This document shows, in pieces, positions 36,169 through 50,640 of a stretch of 64,000 bases of DNA. The notes beneath the pieces are model-generated. The model saw only the letters and a list, made by a program, of their open reading frames with translations, had not been told where the DNA came from and ran no database searches. This stretch comes from Torpedo marmorata (Eukaryota). Position 1 is the stretch's first letter. Each line of letters opens with the position of its first letter. The stretch lies in the NCBI GenBank assembly GCA_977017645.1, contig OZ360240.1, forward strand, positions 45,880,001 through 45,944,000, read 5' to 3'. A program made the translations under genes and the position numbers.

Positions 36169-37483
36169 AGTACTTTAAGGATCTCGTGCCTCAGGAAGTT
36201 CTGACTTCCTTGTGCACAGCCTAGTTTATTTGAGAATAGGTAGCAGGGGAAATGGGTAGAGAATGCACTCCAAAAGTAACGATGAGGAGATTAAATTGCA
36301 TTTATCTGTATGCAAAGCATATGAGCAAAACCAAAGGGGAAGGGAAGAAGCATAGTGCATTTCTTTGCTGTGCCTTTCCAAGTTACACAAATTTGGAGTT
36401 GCTCACTTGCATCCATCTGAAATAAGCATTAAATGTTTTGAATGTGCAAACATGCATATATATCCCCATTTTAAACAGCATTCCTTATAAATCTAGTGCA
36501 TATTTAATGATTCATAACAGTTGAGCCAATCTTCCCTGAAAGGGATCAATAGAAACCATTCTTAAATTGAGATGCAACAATTCCATTACTACCTTACCTG
36601 CTGAGAACTGCTAAAATTTTCCCATTTCATAACAGGTTTGGAGCTGCCCAAACCTCCTAGCTACTCCCTTTAAAATAGAAATTTCCTTTTGTGAAATGGA
36701 CAATTTTCTTTAATTCGGCAAATTCCACATCAAATAGCTGGTAACATGTCGCCATTGTTCAGTAGTGGTCTTTTAACCAATACTAGCATATGGGCAATAA
36801 TGGAAACTAGGATGTTATGGTTTTAAGGATGACTACAAGTTGTCTAGTAGACTCAATCATTTTGTTAAAAGTATGTAACAGCTGATTTTATTTCTCCCTT
36901 CACTTCCCGCAGGTTTCTTATACTGGGCGCTGCAATTTCCGCACGAAACTATGGAGTTTTGGAAGTCCTTGGGTCCATGCAAAATCTTCCACACATGTAG
37001 ACTGATTCAGTTACATCCTGGAACATCTCAGCTATTGCATCTCATGCTTGGAAAGTGGTAGACAAATTGCACGACTGTGAATTTTAAAATCTGACGAGAC
37101 GGGATGAGTTGCTGCAGTCAGAGGGAGTTTAAATATTCGGTTTCTACTGTTTTAAGAAGAAAAAGATTATTCTCTGCAACAATTCCATTGCTTGGTTGAC
37201 ATTGCCATGGTGAAGCAACCAATTAAAGCAGAATGTTACCATTTACATAATGCACAACTGTTGTCACTTGTTAGAAGCCATTTTGGAGTATAGTGAAAAG
37301 AGCATGAAAGAATATGTTAAAAGACTGTACTATTTTCAGTGCACTATATTTGCACTCAGTAATGAGTATATGTGCAAATAAATCAAATTAAAATAATACC
37401 ATCAACATAAATTATTGAAACCACAGAAGTTGAAGCCTTCTCATATGAAGCTGATTAAAATGTTCTCCACAGTATTCCTCAGA

Positions 37484-37987
37484 GAGGGGGCGTGGCGTGA
37501 TGGCGTAGGTTGGAGTCGTGAAATACACTCCTCCCACAGAATTAATCAAAAACCGTAATTTAAAACTTCATCTGATTAGTAAAAAAAATAGTTAAAACTC
37601 TTTTTAAAAGAATAAAGAATGACTACAAGAAAAGGTAAAGATCAGAAGACAAAGAAAGCAGTGTCTAAAGAAAGTTCAATTCAAGGAGAAGATAGGCCTA
37701 CCTCAGCGATGGAACCTCGGGATGAAGTTCCTCTCCCTCCTCGAAAGATGCAGACTCGACTGGGTAAGCCTGTAGTGACGCCAGCGCCGTCCTCCCGGGG
37801 AGCTGGGGAAGATGGCGCTGGTGCCCGAAAGAAAACGGGACTACAGAAAGAAGCCGACGTACTGCGTATGCGCGAAATGACGCGCCCGATTGAAATACAA
37901 CGGGAGCTGCCAGCTGAAGCTGACAGCCAAAAAAAAATCACCTCGTTCGATTCAGTATGTTGTTGGAGAAGATGGATCATCATCACG
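37484..37987 (+). mobile_element. Putative L1/Tx1-like 5' end only (5' UTR + ORF1 start), flanked by direct repeat
   Basis: Begins GAGGGGGCGTGGCGTGATGGCG; basic ORF MTTRKGKDQKTKK from 37619; CpG-rich; GTATTCCTCAGA at 37472-37483 and 37988-37999. Confidence 0.55.
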
Positions 37988-39409
37988 GTATTCCTCAGAA
38001 GAAAAACTGAACAATTTGTTTGCATTGTATACGAGAACTATTGCTGCTACAAAATTAGTGGGAACCAATTATCCACATGGCTTGCAGAGAATTTAAAACC
38101 TCAGAAGCAACATTTTACAGCAAGAACAATCTTTTTATCATCAAAGGATCTTCATGAGAAGCCCCCAAGGTGTCAACACCATTATAACTTTACAGTCGAT
38201 GTTGACATTTTCTGGTAAAATAAAAGGGGCTATTTATGCCAGGTCTCTGCCTCTTGACGAATAGATGAGTCACTGGTGCATTAAGAGTTAATAATTGATG
38301 GAAGTGGTGTGGTGCTTGGCTGCTTCCTTTGCTCTCATTTGTTTCTCACCCTTTTAATTTTGTGAATAAACATCAGTGCTGGGCTCCATATTGTCACAAT
38401 AAGTGTCCAACATCCACACAAGAAACCTATAACATTATCCTTGTTTGGGCTAAAATAAGAGTTTTACTGCTGTACAAATCAGCAGGCTTCCTTCGATGCA
38501 GCTGATTAAAGGGGAAATGGAAGAAGAAATGTGCACAGAAAGAGGTTTGATGTGGAAGGCTATTCGAGTGGTCATGAACAATAATTGACGGTAAACCATG
38601 TGCTGAAGGCTTTCTGCCGACATGGGTGTTTGACACGAAGTTCCTGTTGGACTGAATCACTTTTGTTTCTGTCTTCAGCAGGAGATTCCTCTCTCGCTCA
38701 GCCATGTTTTCCCAACTGTTGTGGCCACATTCAGTGATGGCCAGCAGGTGCCAGGCCACCCCAGTAGCCTCAGCCCTCCCCTCTCCCCATGTCCCCCTCA
38801 CAATTAGCCTCTGTAATTCAAAATGAAAACAATCCACTGCTTCTCAGTGCAAGATGAAAGGACTTTGTGCAGCAGAAGTAATTTTCACTGCTGTGAAGAG
38901 GCCACTCCAGGCATTGTGTCCAGTTAAGGAGTTGGAATGGGATTGGCTGGAAGGGGCTGCCATGTGATTGCACGGCTGCCCACTGTTTTTATGGTGCTTA
39001 GGTAGAGACTGTTGGGATAATGATCACAAAGAACACAGGAGAGAAAGTAATCTTTTAATGTACAGAGGAAAGTGTTCTATTTATACAACACTAGTTCCTC
39101 CATTGCCCTCAAACTTAATTGCACTCAGTGGTAAGTGCTCTTCATGCTGAATATTTTCTAAGAGAATAGATTGTCCTTTGCCTCACAGTGGCCTAATTAC
39201 ATGCAACTTTAAACAAGTGCATGTTATGGTTTGCGATCACAGCTTAGGCCAGCATTAACTTGATACACCGATCAAACCACTCAAGTTTACAGAGAGGACA
39301 CTATCAGGTTGCAGAGTCGTGCTGAAATCAAGAAAAACGTAATGGTGAAAAGAACATCACTCATTTAGATTCTATTTCAAATTTGTAATGTTACAAATAT
39401 AAAAGTTAG

Positions 39410-39605
39410 AACAGAGAAATCTAAAGCACATTACAGGCCTTTAGGCCCACGGTTTTGTGCTGACCCAATAACCTACTCTAACAACTGCCCAAAATTTCCC
39501 TACTCCATAACCTTTGATTTTTTTCTATTCCATGTACCCATCAAATAGTCTCTTAACAGATCCTATTATGTCTGCCTCCTCCACCATTGTCGGCAATGCA
39601 TTCTT
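39410..39605 (-). mobile_element. CR1 3' tail fragment
   Basis: Reverse complement of a CR1-type 3' end (GGGCCTAAAGGCCTGTAATGTGCT...). Confidence 0.55.
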
Positions 39606-39829
39606 AATAAGAGAAAGCTATGCAGAAGTCTCAATGTTCTATAAATTACAGAACGCTTATACATATATTTAACATGTATATAAAAAGCAAAGGCTGTGTA
39701 ACTCAACTGGCCCAGATTCACATTCTATAAATGAATCTGTTTGTAATCAGTTGACCTCAGCATCCAAATTCCAGTTAAACCCTCAATTTACAGTCAAGTT
39801 CATTGTTCCAAGCTGATAGAGGCATACAA

Positions 39830-40175
39830 AATTAGACGTGCCCAAATAGGATAGATAGCAATAGGCTTTTCCCCATGGCAGTTGTGTCTAAACAAGAGGG
39901 CACAGGTTTAAGATGAAGAGCAAGAGGTTTCCAGGGAATCTCAGGAAGAACCTTTTCATCCAGAAGATGGATGCAATTTGAAACACAACCTGAGTTGGTG
40001 GAGGCAGGTACTCTTACAATATTTAAGTATCTTGATGATCACTTGAATTGCCACGGTATAGTAAAAATATGGAACAAGTGCTGGTAAGTGGGATTAGTGT
40101 AGAGAGGCACTTGGTCGTTTGCATAGACTTGGAGGGCCAAAGGACTAATTTCTGTGCTTTTCGACTCTGATTCGA
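39830..40175 (+). mobile_element. CR1 3' fragment
   Basis: AGAGGGCACAGGTTTAAG...GGGCCAAAGGACTAATTTCTGTGCT tail. Confidence 0.6.
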
Positions 40176-41025
40176 TTAAACTGTCTGACCTTAATATCTA
40201 TCGGAGTAGAGAATTAGGCAATCAAGCAACTAAGATAAAATGAGGATTAGTTACTTTGTTGCTTAAACTACAGGATATTAGCCTGGCCTTTTCCAGCATA
40301 CTCTTGTTCCCATTCATTACAAATCTGAACTGTAAGGCAATGAGGTATTTTGGTCAAGGGTTGGCAGGCCAGAAGGACATCTGGGTCAAAGAAATCAATC
40401 ATTAAAGAAAGTATTTAGCATTGAATGTATACGAAAGGCTGAGTAAGATAAACAAAGGCAGATACAATCATTTTTCTGATCCAAAAAGATTGTTCATCTT
40501 ACCTTTTGACTGTGAGCTATGATATAGACTTTGCATGTGAACAACTCATTTGTAATTTTAGCACAATGTAGATGTTTCAGTGTTCTGACTTATTGTACAG
40601 ATCAATGCTCAAATTTTCACTGTCAGTTAACAAGCAGCTACAATTTTGGGTGCTTAAATTTTAATATGCAAATAGTATGTTATCCTCAGAAAAATAAGAT
40701 TAAATATTATGAAATAAGTGATTTAAGTCACAGACAAAAACAGATATCTGATACAAAACTTCCTGTTGCCCTTATCCCCATCTAGGAATCTCTCAACAAT
40801 AATGCGCAAATCAAATAACATTATGCTTGCAAACCTTACTGTGACACCATATTTTAACAAGAACAATTTCAGTTTATTTGTGAAAAAGGATCAATAGTTA
40901 ACCAATCATCTTTGTGTATCTAAACATGTTGGAATGGAACCCTTAATCAACCATTTCATCACAAAATTTCACAAAGTAAAAAAAAGTAATTATAAAAAGC
41001 AATTTTATAGACAAAGTTGCATAAA

Positions 41026-42137
41026 TCAGGATGCCCTTTATCGACTACAGTTCGGCATTTAACACCATCATCCCCTCAAAACTGATCAGCAAACTCCCAA
41101 GATCTCGGAGTTAACACCCCACTGTAATTGGATCATGGATTTCCTCACCTCCAGACCACAATCAGTGAAGATTGGTAAGAACTTCTCCTCCACAATCTCC
41201 ATCAGTACCAGAGCACCACAGGGCTGTTGTTAGCCCCCTGCTCTACTCACTTTACACCTAAGACTGTGTGGCTCGGTACAACAATAACACCATCTACAAA
41301 TTTTCCGACAATACCACGGTAGTGGGTTGTATAAAGGAAGGGGATGAGTCAGCATACAGGATGGAGATTGAAAACATGGCTGAATGGTGCACCAACAACA
41401 ACCATGCACTCAATGTCACCAAAACTAAGGAGCTGGTTGTTGACTTCAGGAAAGGAAAGCCAGAGGTATACAATCCAGTGATCATTGGGGGAATCAGAGG
41501 TGGAGAGGGTGAGCAAATTTAAGTTCTTGGGAGTCACAATCTCAGAGGATCTTTCCTGGATCCAACACACCAATGGCATCGTGAAGAAAGCACGTCAGTG
41601 AAAACTACTTTCTCAGGAGTTTGTGGAGGTTTGGTATGAAACCAGAAACCCTGTCAAATTTCTACAGAGGTGTGGTGGAAAGTGTGCTGACTGGCTACAT
41701 CATGGTCTGGCATGGGAACACCAATACCTGAGCGTAAAGCCCTACAAAAGGTAGTGGACACAGCCCAGGACATTACTGGCAAAACCCTCCCCACTATTGA
41801 GAACATCGACAGGGAACCCTACTGTCGGAGAGCAGCAGCTATCATCAAAGTCCCACACCACCCATCACACCCCTCAAGAATAAACTCAGACTCATTTAAG
41901 CACTCTTACTTGTGCACTTTATTGATTTTCTTTTTTTTATTCTCTCTGTATTGCACAGTTTGTTTACATTCATTATCTGTTTACAGTTCTTTATTTGTTT
42001 ATAAGTATACGCTGTGTACAGTTTTTTGCATTGCACTACCAATTAGTGGTAATTCTGCTGCACCTGCAGGAAAAAAGAATCTCAGGGTTGTATGTGATGT
42101 CATGTACGTACTCTGACAATAAATCTGAAATCTGAGA
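41026..42137 (+). mobile_element. Rex1/Babar-like subfamily B, 5'-truncated and degenerate
   Basis: IYKFSDNTTVVG, NVTKTKELVVDFRK, AAAIIKVPHHP; tail ACAATAAATCTGAAATCTGAG. Confidence 0.85.
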
Positions 42138-43029
42138 TCACTGGGAATGCAAATTGCCATGCTAATTCTTGTTCCACAGAAGAGCAATGTTAGGAGGGAA
42201 TTTTCACATTTCAGTATGAAATCTCAAATACTGGCATGAACCAATAAACTAACAAATGTAACAACTATTTCAAGTTGAAGGGTGATCACAATGATAAAAA
42301 TAAATATTATAATTAGTGTTCATTGCATGGTATTGGTGATGTGTACAGAGTGAACATGAAGGCAAATATTTTATTTTGGGAACCTGTAAGCCAGCATTAA
42401 GTGCTATTAGGAGTAATAGATTTATGATATCATAGAAACTCCAAACATTTGGCAATATCATTATGACTGTCTCGGGATAATCCGAAAATGGCATGAAACA
42501 AATTAAACTGGTATTAAAAACAAGCCTGCAAGGCCTCACTAGTTTCTTTCCTATCAACAAAGTGGTTGCCAGTGGTAATGCAGTTGATTGACAATCAAGT
42601 TATCACCTGTCTGAAGTGATCTTGAAGTTTTTGAGAGACTCTCAGGATACCATAATTGCTATCCATTCACATCACTACCTTTAGAATATCAATGTTGATC
42701 ATTAATTACAAGCATGGAAGTTTTTAGGCGAGATACAAATGGTGACTGGTGTAATGGATTTATTTCTTTAAGTTTGACCTATCAACTATCCATGACTGAT
42801 CCAAACTAAACCAAATATTACAACTGCTCTGTCCTGGCAGAGTGAAAGTTATTGTACATGGACTACTGCAAAAGTACATGCAAGACCTATTACCATTTAA
42901 AATGAGAAAAGAAAAGAATTATTCAACAGTGTAAGTAGTTGTGAAAACTCCACTTGTAAGCTTTTAAATGCATTGCAAATTTGACAAAACACATTTGCAG
43001 GGAAATAACTATCAAGTCCAGTCTATGTT

Positions 43030-43300
43030 ATGACTTTTACACGGCCGCTGCGTAACAGGATATTCTCGCAAAATTCCCGCAACGCTGGCTGTGTAAAAAG
43101 GTTGGGACGGAAATTCGTAACTAATTTCCATCCCGACATTTTTCCTGCAGCAGCCCTAGACAATTTTGCGGACTGCCTGCAGTCTAAACTGAACTTCAGG
43201 CAGTCCGCAACAATGGGCTAATGAATACAACGTCCACCCTCCGAAATCACCGCAACGCAGGAAGTTAGTGTAAACGTCCTTCCTGTGTGAACGGCCACTC
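43030..43300. mobile_element. Possible non-autonomous DNA transposon (Harbinger-like MITE)
   Basis: CpG-rich patch in AT-rich DNA with repeated TTTACAC/GTGTAAA motifs and TTTTACACGGCC...GTGTGAACGGCC ends; boundaries uncertain. Confidence 0.35.
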
Positions 43301-46300
43301 CGGAGGGTAAGTATGCAAATTGATGACGGGAAATTCTCAGTACTTATGTCTAAAAACCATATATGTCTGCATTTACACAACAGCAGTTAAAGTCCTTGAG
43401 ATTAATTGATCCATATGAAGTACTGCAGCTTCCTGAAACAAATCAGCCTGATTTCTGATAAAGTCAAAGTTTTGCATGCTTTCCAAAAGACCATTAAAAG
43501 TGCAGGCCATGAGTTGTTAGTTGTTATGTTCTTTTGTCACATTAATGCAATGGAATGGGAAATAATTTTTCCAAATAATGTATAACATTGTCAGAGTGAA
43601 ATAATATGCTAAAGTTTTTTTATTATTAACACCCCCTCTATTTCTTTGCAAATCCACCACCGTTAATGATTCTGTCTCATTAAAAATATTTTAGATTCTG
43701 GTCGTTCTCTTATCTAGGATTTTAAAATGGGTTCATGTCCTGTTGGTCACTCTCCTCCTCAACAGAACATTGTTTCAAACAGACTAATTAATGATAACTT
43801 CCAAACCTCAGTTCTTGTAAAGCAAACACCAGGCTCACCCTGGTACAGATCATTTCTACACAACTAATTACACCAGCAATATCTGGGCTTTTTGCTATTA
43901 ATTAATGGGTTACCTCTGAAACTATGTAATCACTCAAATGTTAAGATACTGCATTTCAACTTTAAAATGCTGCACAACCATGTTGAAACTCATTCGATTG
44001 CTCAGTAGCCCTCAGTTATTACTTTCTCCTGTCTTGCCTTATCCAAGGATAAATACTGGATTTAATATTTAAAAGGTCAATAAAAATTCCCATTAATGTA
44101 AACTTTAGTGGGTCAAATGAATCAATATTTGTTGTGCCAAATACATAGTCAATATACAAAAATGATCAAACATGCAGATAGTTTCCCATGGAAAAATCTG
44201 TTCACTTGTGTTGTTTTTCATTTACAATTTATTTTCATAAATGTGCCTGCTGTAATTTCCTTGTCAAAAGTTAGAGACCTTACTCTACCAAAAGCAATAG
44301 GTCCCAAATACAGGCAGTTTATCAAGTATATAAATGCAGCCAATGTTTCAGCAACACACTGAATCTGCCTCAGTGAGTACAACAAAAGGAGAAGATTATG
44401 TTCCTTTATTACTTTTGTTTTATGGGAAATCTCCTCTGGTGTTTTATGTCAACTCAATACAAATTAAATGCAAGTTTTATAAATGAAAAGAAAATGTTTG
44501 ATGCATAAATATTACTTCATCAGTTTAAAAATATATAGTTAAATGTAATTATATCTACAAGTCCTTATTGAAACCTTAGTGTACAAAGATACTAGGCTCA
44601 ATGAGTTTCCCTGCCGCCAAGTTTAGTTTCCTGGCAAAAAATACTTGAAATGTAACTACAGTACACAAATCTCTCCAGTTACTTAAGGTGCTGGTGAGTG
44701 GCATCATATATATATATATATACACACACAGAGACAAGATTTCATTCTCCACACTGGAATGCATTGACATTTGAAATATGTTCCTTCAATTTCTCTTTTC
44801 TCAAGAGTACTAAACAAACTGTTCATTCCAAGGAGTCCAGGAGCCATATCAATGCAATGTCCTTTCTAGAACAAGTGCTTGTATGTTGTACATACATTGG
44901 CATTGAAAGACTTGGTGCATACACATACATCTATTATTGGCAGGGTGCAAATACCTCAGGAGTAGACTTGTATGTGACTCATCAGCTATAAGAATGGAAT
45001 TAATTTGTATGAAGCTCTACAAGCAAGGACATTTGCCCAATGGATTCCAATCCAGTGATGGCAGCTGAACCTACCACAACTGGTCCCACCACCTCACCCT
45101 TTTCATGCCTCCTGTGCTCCATATGCCAAGTGACAGACACAGCAATGCCTTACCAATGACACCACCATCCTCCTCAAAACTCACTGGCCAGATTCTCCTT
45201 GGAACCAAGTGGACTGAGTTCTGGAGGGTAATTTACAGAAATAACGCTAGTCTGACAATCTCTCCCATTTTACCCTAATCTTCCATGGAGAATAATGGTT
45301 GGTCACCAAATAAAAACACCAGCTCAAGCCAACACCTTTCCAAAACAAAAGTCTCTGTATGTTTGCATATATTCAGCAATCCTACACCTCTGAGGGGGAC
45401 AATTGACAGCAAAGTGCTCCTCCTTTGAAATGTGAATGTGAACAAGGGTTTGCCGTGGATATCACTTACTGCAACCGGTTTGTTTTGCACTGGGGTTAGC
45501 CCAGGGGAAGTATTTTTGGTACAGCCAGTGATTCTAATAGAAAAGAGATTATTGAACTTTTCTAAAATCTTACCACCGTTACGTCCTAAAACAAATTCAC
45601 AAGGGGACAGATTCCTTTGGCAGAATGTTTCCACAAATGGAATAGGTCAGGCTAGTTCTGACCATTTCTCCCCCCATCTATTCTAAAGGGATGGCTACTT
45701 GAAGGTGGGCATCACCTTGTTGAACTGTCACCCAGGGCTAGCTTGGCAGTGAAGAGAAATGCCCCTGCAATTAAACTACTGTACCTCAATCAATTTGCAA
45801 AGTGATCTCACCACATAGTAAGAGACCATTCGGCCCGTCGAACTAATGGCAGCTCTTAGATATTCAATTTCCCCGCAATTTCCACTGATCTATTCTCCCA
45901 CGTTGGACCTCTCAATACCAGTAAAGATTGAGCTCCAGATCAGTGATTTGGATTGTTGCGAGACATGAATGCCCAAAGCCCTGGAATGCTGGAAGCAGTG
46001 GTACTTATCGTTGCAATATTCATTTTCTCGATTTTCACTGGTGTGGTGGGACAGAGAAAGCCGTGTCAAGAGCCCTGCAAGTGAGGCAGAGTGAGGGAAA
46101 AAATCCGCAATTGAGTGAAGTTTTGTTTTTCCTCTCAAGTTCCTATTTGCTGAAGGGTCTCCACTTGTTGAATACAAGCCTTCAGAAGCTGTGGCGGTAC
46201 CGCCTGACGGTGGCAGCAGCGATACGGCATGAAGCGGCCATCTGTCTGGACAACTCACAGGACACCGCCAGGGCTATTTTTGCTAATGGAAAAGGACGAG

Positions 46301-49300
46301 GCTTAAACCCGCAAACTCCCTTCTGCACCCCCTCCCCACACAAAAAATAAGTGTTCCAGCCCGTTGAAAAATAGATTTTCAACATGCAATTTAATTTGCC
46401 TCCGTTCCCATAAAGTCCCCATCCAATTAATATCTAGGATAAAATGTCCATGATTTTCTCTGAATGCAGTGTTCCGTTTATTTTAAAATACTAATGTTAA
46501 TAAACACCGAATTCCTTTGAATAAACTAGTTTGCTAAACTGCAGTTAGTTGGTCTTCAGTTCAAAGACCCGTCGGATTTGTAATCAAGATCTAAGAAGAA
46601 ACAATGCTTTTCCAAGTCGACATATTTAGCAACTTTTCCCCATTCATTTCACAAGTTCGTCGCTATTGATAAATGGGGCCGTGGCTGAACCATCACATCG
46701 TGCTGATTAGCAGCCCCCAGACCCCGTTATAATTAGCCGTCACTTGCTGTTGGACCGGTTTACCTTCCAGCTCAACATAGAGCAGTCGACCCTTCCCTGG
46801 CAGATGGATTCGTCTTATTTCTTTTTGCCACCTCCGTCCCGAGTCTGGGGAGAGGTGGGTGGAGGAAAGAGTGAGGGAAGTTGGGGTGGGTGGTAACAAC
46901 TGTTCAATGTTGTAACAGTAAACAGAAATAAACTTTTAAAAAAACTCGGTCCCGAGTTCCAAACACCATACTGATACCATATGGACTTTTTTGGATCTTT
47001 ATCTCAACCTGGGGCGCATACCTGACCGTAAACAGCGAAAATAACACAACAGGATCGATGTACATAGGTGCTTTGGTTGTGATCAACAGTAATCAAGCCA
47101 AATAGTGCAATTTAAAAATTAATCGGCAACTATACATTTTCAGTGGGTCAAATAAGATTTAATTAGAATTTGAACTAAAATTTATTGCTAACTCACTCGA
47201 AAGTCCTTCGGTATTTTTAAGCTTCTTCTTTGGACCCCTTACCCTTTTTTTTTATATATAAAGAGAGCCCAGAATGGGAAAGGCCGTTATTCGACTTCTA
47301 AACGTCTTTCTTTTTTAAAAAAATGTTTAACAGACTTCCAGGCAGCTCTTCTCGGCGTGAAGCTGGGAGTTTTTTTTCATCCAGTGATATGACTGGCAAT
47401 TAGAAGGACTTCAGCATGTGGGACTCTTCTCCGGGACTCTCAGCGCAGATAGTTCCAGACAAAAGTGTCTGATAAACCAGGAGAATGATACTGTTGTGGA
47501 TACACTACAGATACAGCCATTTGGGGATTTGTTTTCTTTTCCTTTTGTTGTTGTTGTTTAATGTTGATTTACATTCCACTCAATTCAAGTCAACAAATTA
47601 ACTCGCCACCACGCAGTCTGAGACGAGGGCAAAAATCAACAACAGAAAACGAGTTTCCGTTACATAAATATTCTCACATTCACTTAAGCCTCCCCCTTCC
47701 ACTGCTCACAATCTGGGAGAGATAAATGGGAATATATTCCCAGACAACATGCCCCACAGATTCCATGCTCTAAAGTGTTGTTTTAACATATTTTAATGAC
47801 AATATGGAATTCCTTTTAAAAAAAACCTCTTGCAACCACTCCAACGTCACCATTGAAAATATTGTCTTGTTTTGGAAAAAAACGTAATGATTAGAATCGC
47901 CCCCCCGAACAAATTTCCAGCTGCATATCCCAATGGCACTTGCAGCTAGGGTTGGGATTTTATAGATTCCGTCCCCCCCCCACTTTCAGGAACATTTAAA
48001 TATTTATCGCTGACCATTTTCAAAATCCTTGTCTTCGGGCCAATTAAGCAAATAACCCATAAATCTCAATATTAACAAAACAAATCGTATTTTAACGACT
48101 TCTAAATTATACAATTCATTATAACTTTCGGGTAGGATACACTTCACGGGAGAACAATGATTGCGAACAATGATTATGAAATGCTTGACATATTTAGTGC
48201 ACTATTCTCAAAAGCGGGGACATTAAAACAAGAAACTTTCTCCAACTGTCTTTCAAGCGAAGTGGTGTTTTATCATATACAAAACTTTACATCAAAGCAC
48301 CCCCCCCCCAGGCAAACTGAGCATGTTGGGAGACAGAGGACAAGTGGATGTATTTGTGAGTGAACAAAGATGAGAATAAGACCCCATCAGATTTGGGAGA
48401 TCGCGCCAACGCTGAGGCGACTGTTTCAAATCTTTCAGAAAGAATGAACACTAAATGGGATTGGACGCTTTGTCATTAATTGAAATTAAATCATCGCTCT
48501 CTATAACGTTGAAAATAACCAGGAGGCTGACGTTGTGGTTTTATGTTTTTCTTTATTATTTTGCAGAAGGACTTCTCTCCCCCACCCACCCCTGTTGGAC
48601 TGGAAGGAAAATCTTCTTCACAATCGGTATATCTCGCATCGCCTTCACCATCTGCTCCCACCGTGATCATGCGTAAAATATCTACAAAACAGGAATGCTC
48701 CAAAAAAAAGGTACTTTGTTTTGAAAGAATGTACAATTTTACATCTATAATATTTGGCCACAGACAGCCGCGGCTTAAAGACGCGGTAAAGCCGATTAAA
48801 CAACAATCAGAGAAAACGCAGTTTCCAGCAATTGTTGTCAATCATCAGATCACTGGAATTCATTAGTGAAGACGCCTCTAAAACTTTGTTTTTGAGTATT
48901 GTTGTAATTTGAACAAACCAGCTCCACCGGTTAGATTCTTAATTGTAGTTGGGTTTCACTTTCTGCAAAGGTTGTGTTTCGAAAAAAATCCGAGAACGGG
49001 ACACGAATGGATGCGTTTTAGTTGGGCAAATTAGACGAGATCAGACTTCGCAGGTGAGCCGAGGCAGCGGGTTGTCATTATGTGTCGGAACATGTGTTTA
49101 AAATCAGAGAGCGGCCACAAGTTACACAAACATTCTAGCTCCCTGCAACTGGCGAGGGACGGAATATCTGGGAGAACAAATTGGTTATGGGAAGATTTTA
49201 CCCTCTGTCCTGGAGGGGTGGAAATGAGGGCTCTCTTGCTGAATGCATTCACAAGAACCTTCAGCTGGTAGATGTAAAAGAGAGTTTCACCAGAGAAGGA

Positions 49301-50547
49301 TATCCCTCGTTTCTTTGCATCCCGATTTATTCCCAGAGCTTGTATTACTGAGACGTTTCCTGACTTGATGGATCTAAGCTGAAAGGCTGCTGAGTTTCAC
49401 CTTTTGAACTGACACAATATCCCCTGTTCCTGCGCCACGATGGAGCTCTTATAAAAAATAAAAAGCACATTGCCCTCCGCTCCCTACAGTTTAAACCTAA
49501 CGAATTTTGCACCATAACTTACTTTAATTATCTTCCTTAAACCAACCACCCCCACCCAACACAGTGTATACTAAAAGACCAATTTCGGAGAGAATCAGTT
49601 GAAACTCCGTCCGATGTTCAGGGAACTTATTCCAAGGGAAACTTTTATTATTATTCGAGATAAAGTGGACGATCATATAATTAATCATGTCTACTAAACT
49701 GCAGTCGATGCCACCGTAAGAATGCATCCACCAAAAAAGTTTGCCTTGATAATGAAGAATTTAACGTACAATTAAATAATGTTTCTATCTGCCTCGCGTA
49801 GTTCCAGACGCCCCCCCCCCCGCGTGTGATAATGCCCATACTAACTAACATTTTACTTTCCTTGGTTTCACGGGAATAAATAGTAATTAAGATTGTTTCC
49901 GGAATTTCGAGGGTGATTTTTAAAACACTTGAATATCGTGAAAATGGGAATTGGCAAGCGGTGTGTACACAGTTTTTTAAAAACACACATATAAACAGTC
50001 TGTTTTAAGACAAACGTCGCCCTGACGTTTTTCAAACCAGAAAGCACAAACTTCTCCAGAGAGGGGAGATAAAAATGACATGGATCATAAATTGCCTGTA
50101 GGAGTGACTGAACATTAAAACCCAGGTTTATTACAACCATAAGTGGTGTATTAAAACGTGCGCCCACAAAAGTAGAATCTTACATAGCTCAAACGTTTGA
50201 ATGTGTTTTACTCGGCTGCGTTTTACAACTCCCTGATATACCAGAGGGGGAGAAAAAAAGTTTGGCTTTCAAAGGGAGATGCAGCTTTGTAACAAACGCG
50301 TCGGGTATTGATGGTTGCCCTCTGCATATCCATCACAACACAAACATCCGCAGAGGTATTTCAGTTTGGAAAAAAAACCCACAAGATTCAACCCTATTTT
50401 CCCTGCGTTTACGCGAGTGTCCCACCCTTACAGCGATTGGCGGTAGACGTTCCCGGCCAATGCCCAGCATACGGGCGCTGGTGGCACCGCCAACGTCTGT
50501 CTGCCTCTCTGGAGTTGACGGGTAATCGGTAGGAAGATATCAGGCAA

Positions 50548-50640
50548 CCCCCCCCCCCCCCCAATACTCCCCGGGTGCCGACATCATTCCGCCTCCCCCC
50601 CCCCCCCCACAATCCTCCCCGGGTGTCGACATCACTCCGT
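50548..50640. repeat. Two ~48-bp tandem units containing long C-runs at intron start
   Basis: CAAT(A/C)CTCCCCGGGTG(C/T)CGACATCA(T/C)TCCG at 50562-50591 and 50610-50639, each preceded by poly-C. Confidence 0.85.
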
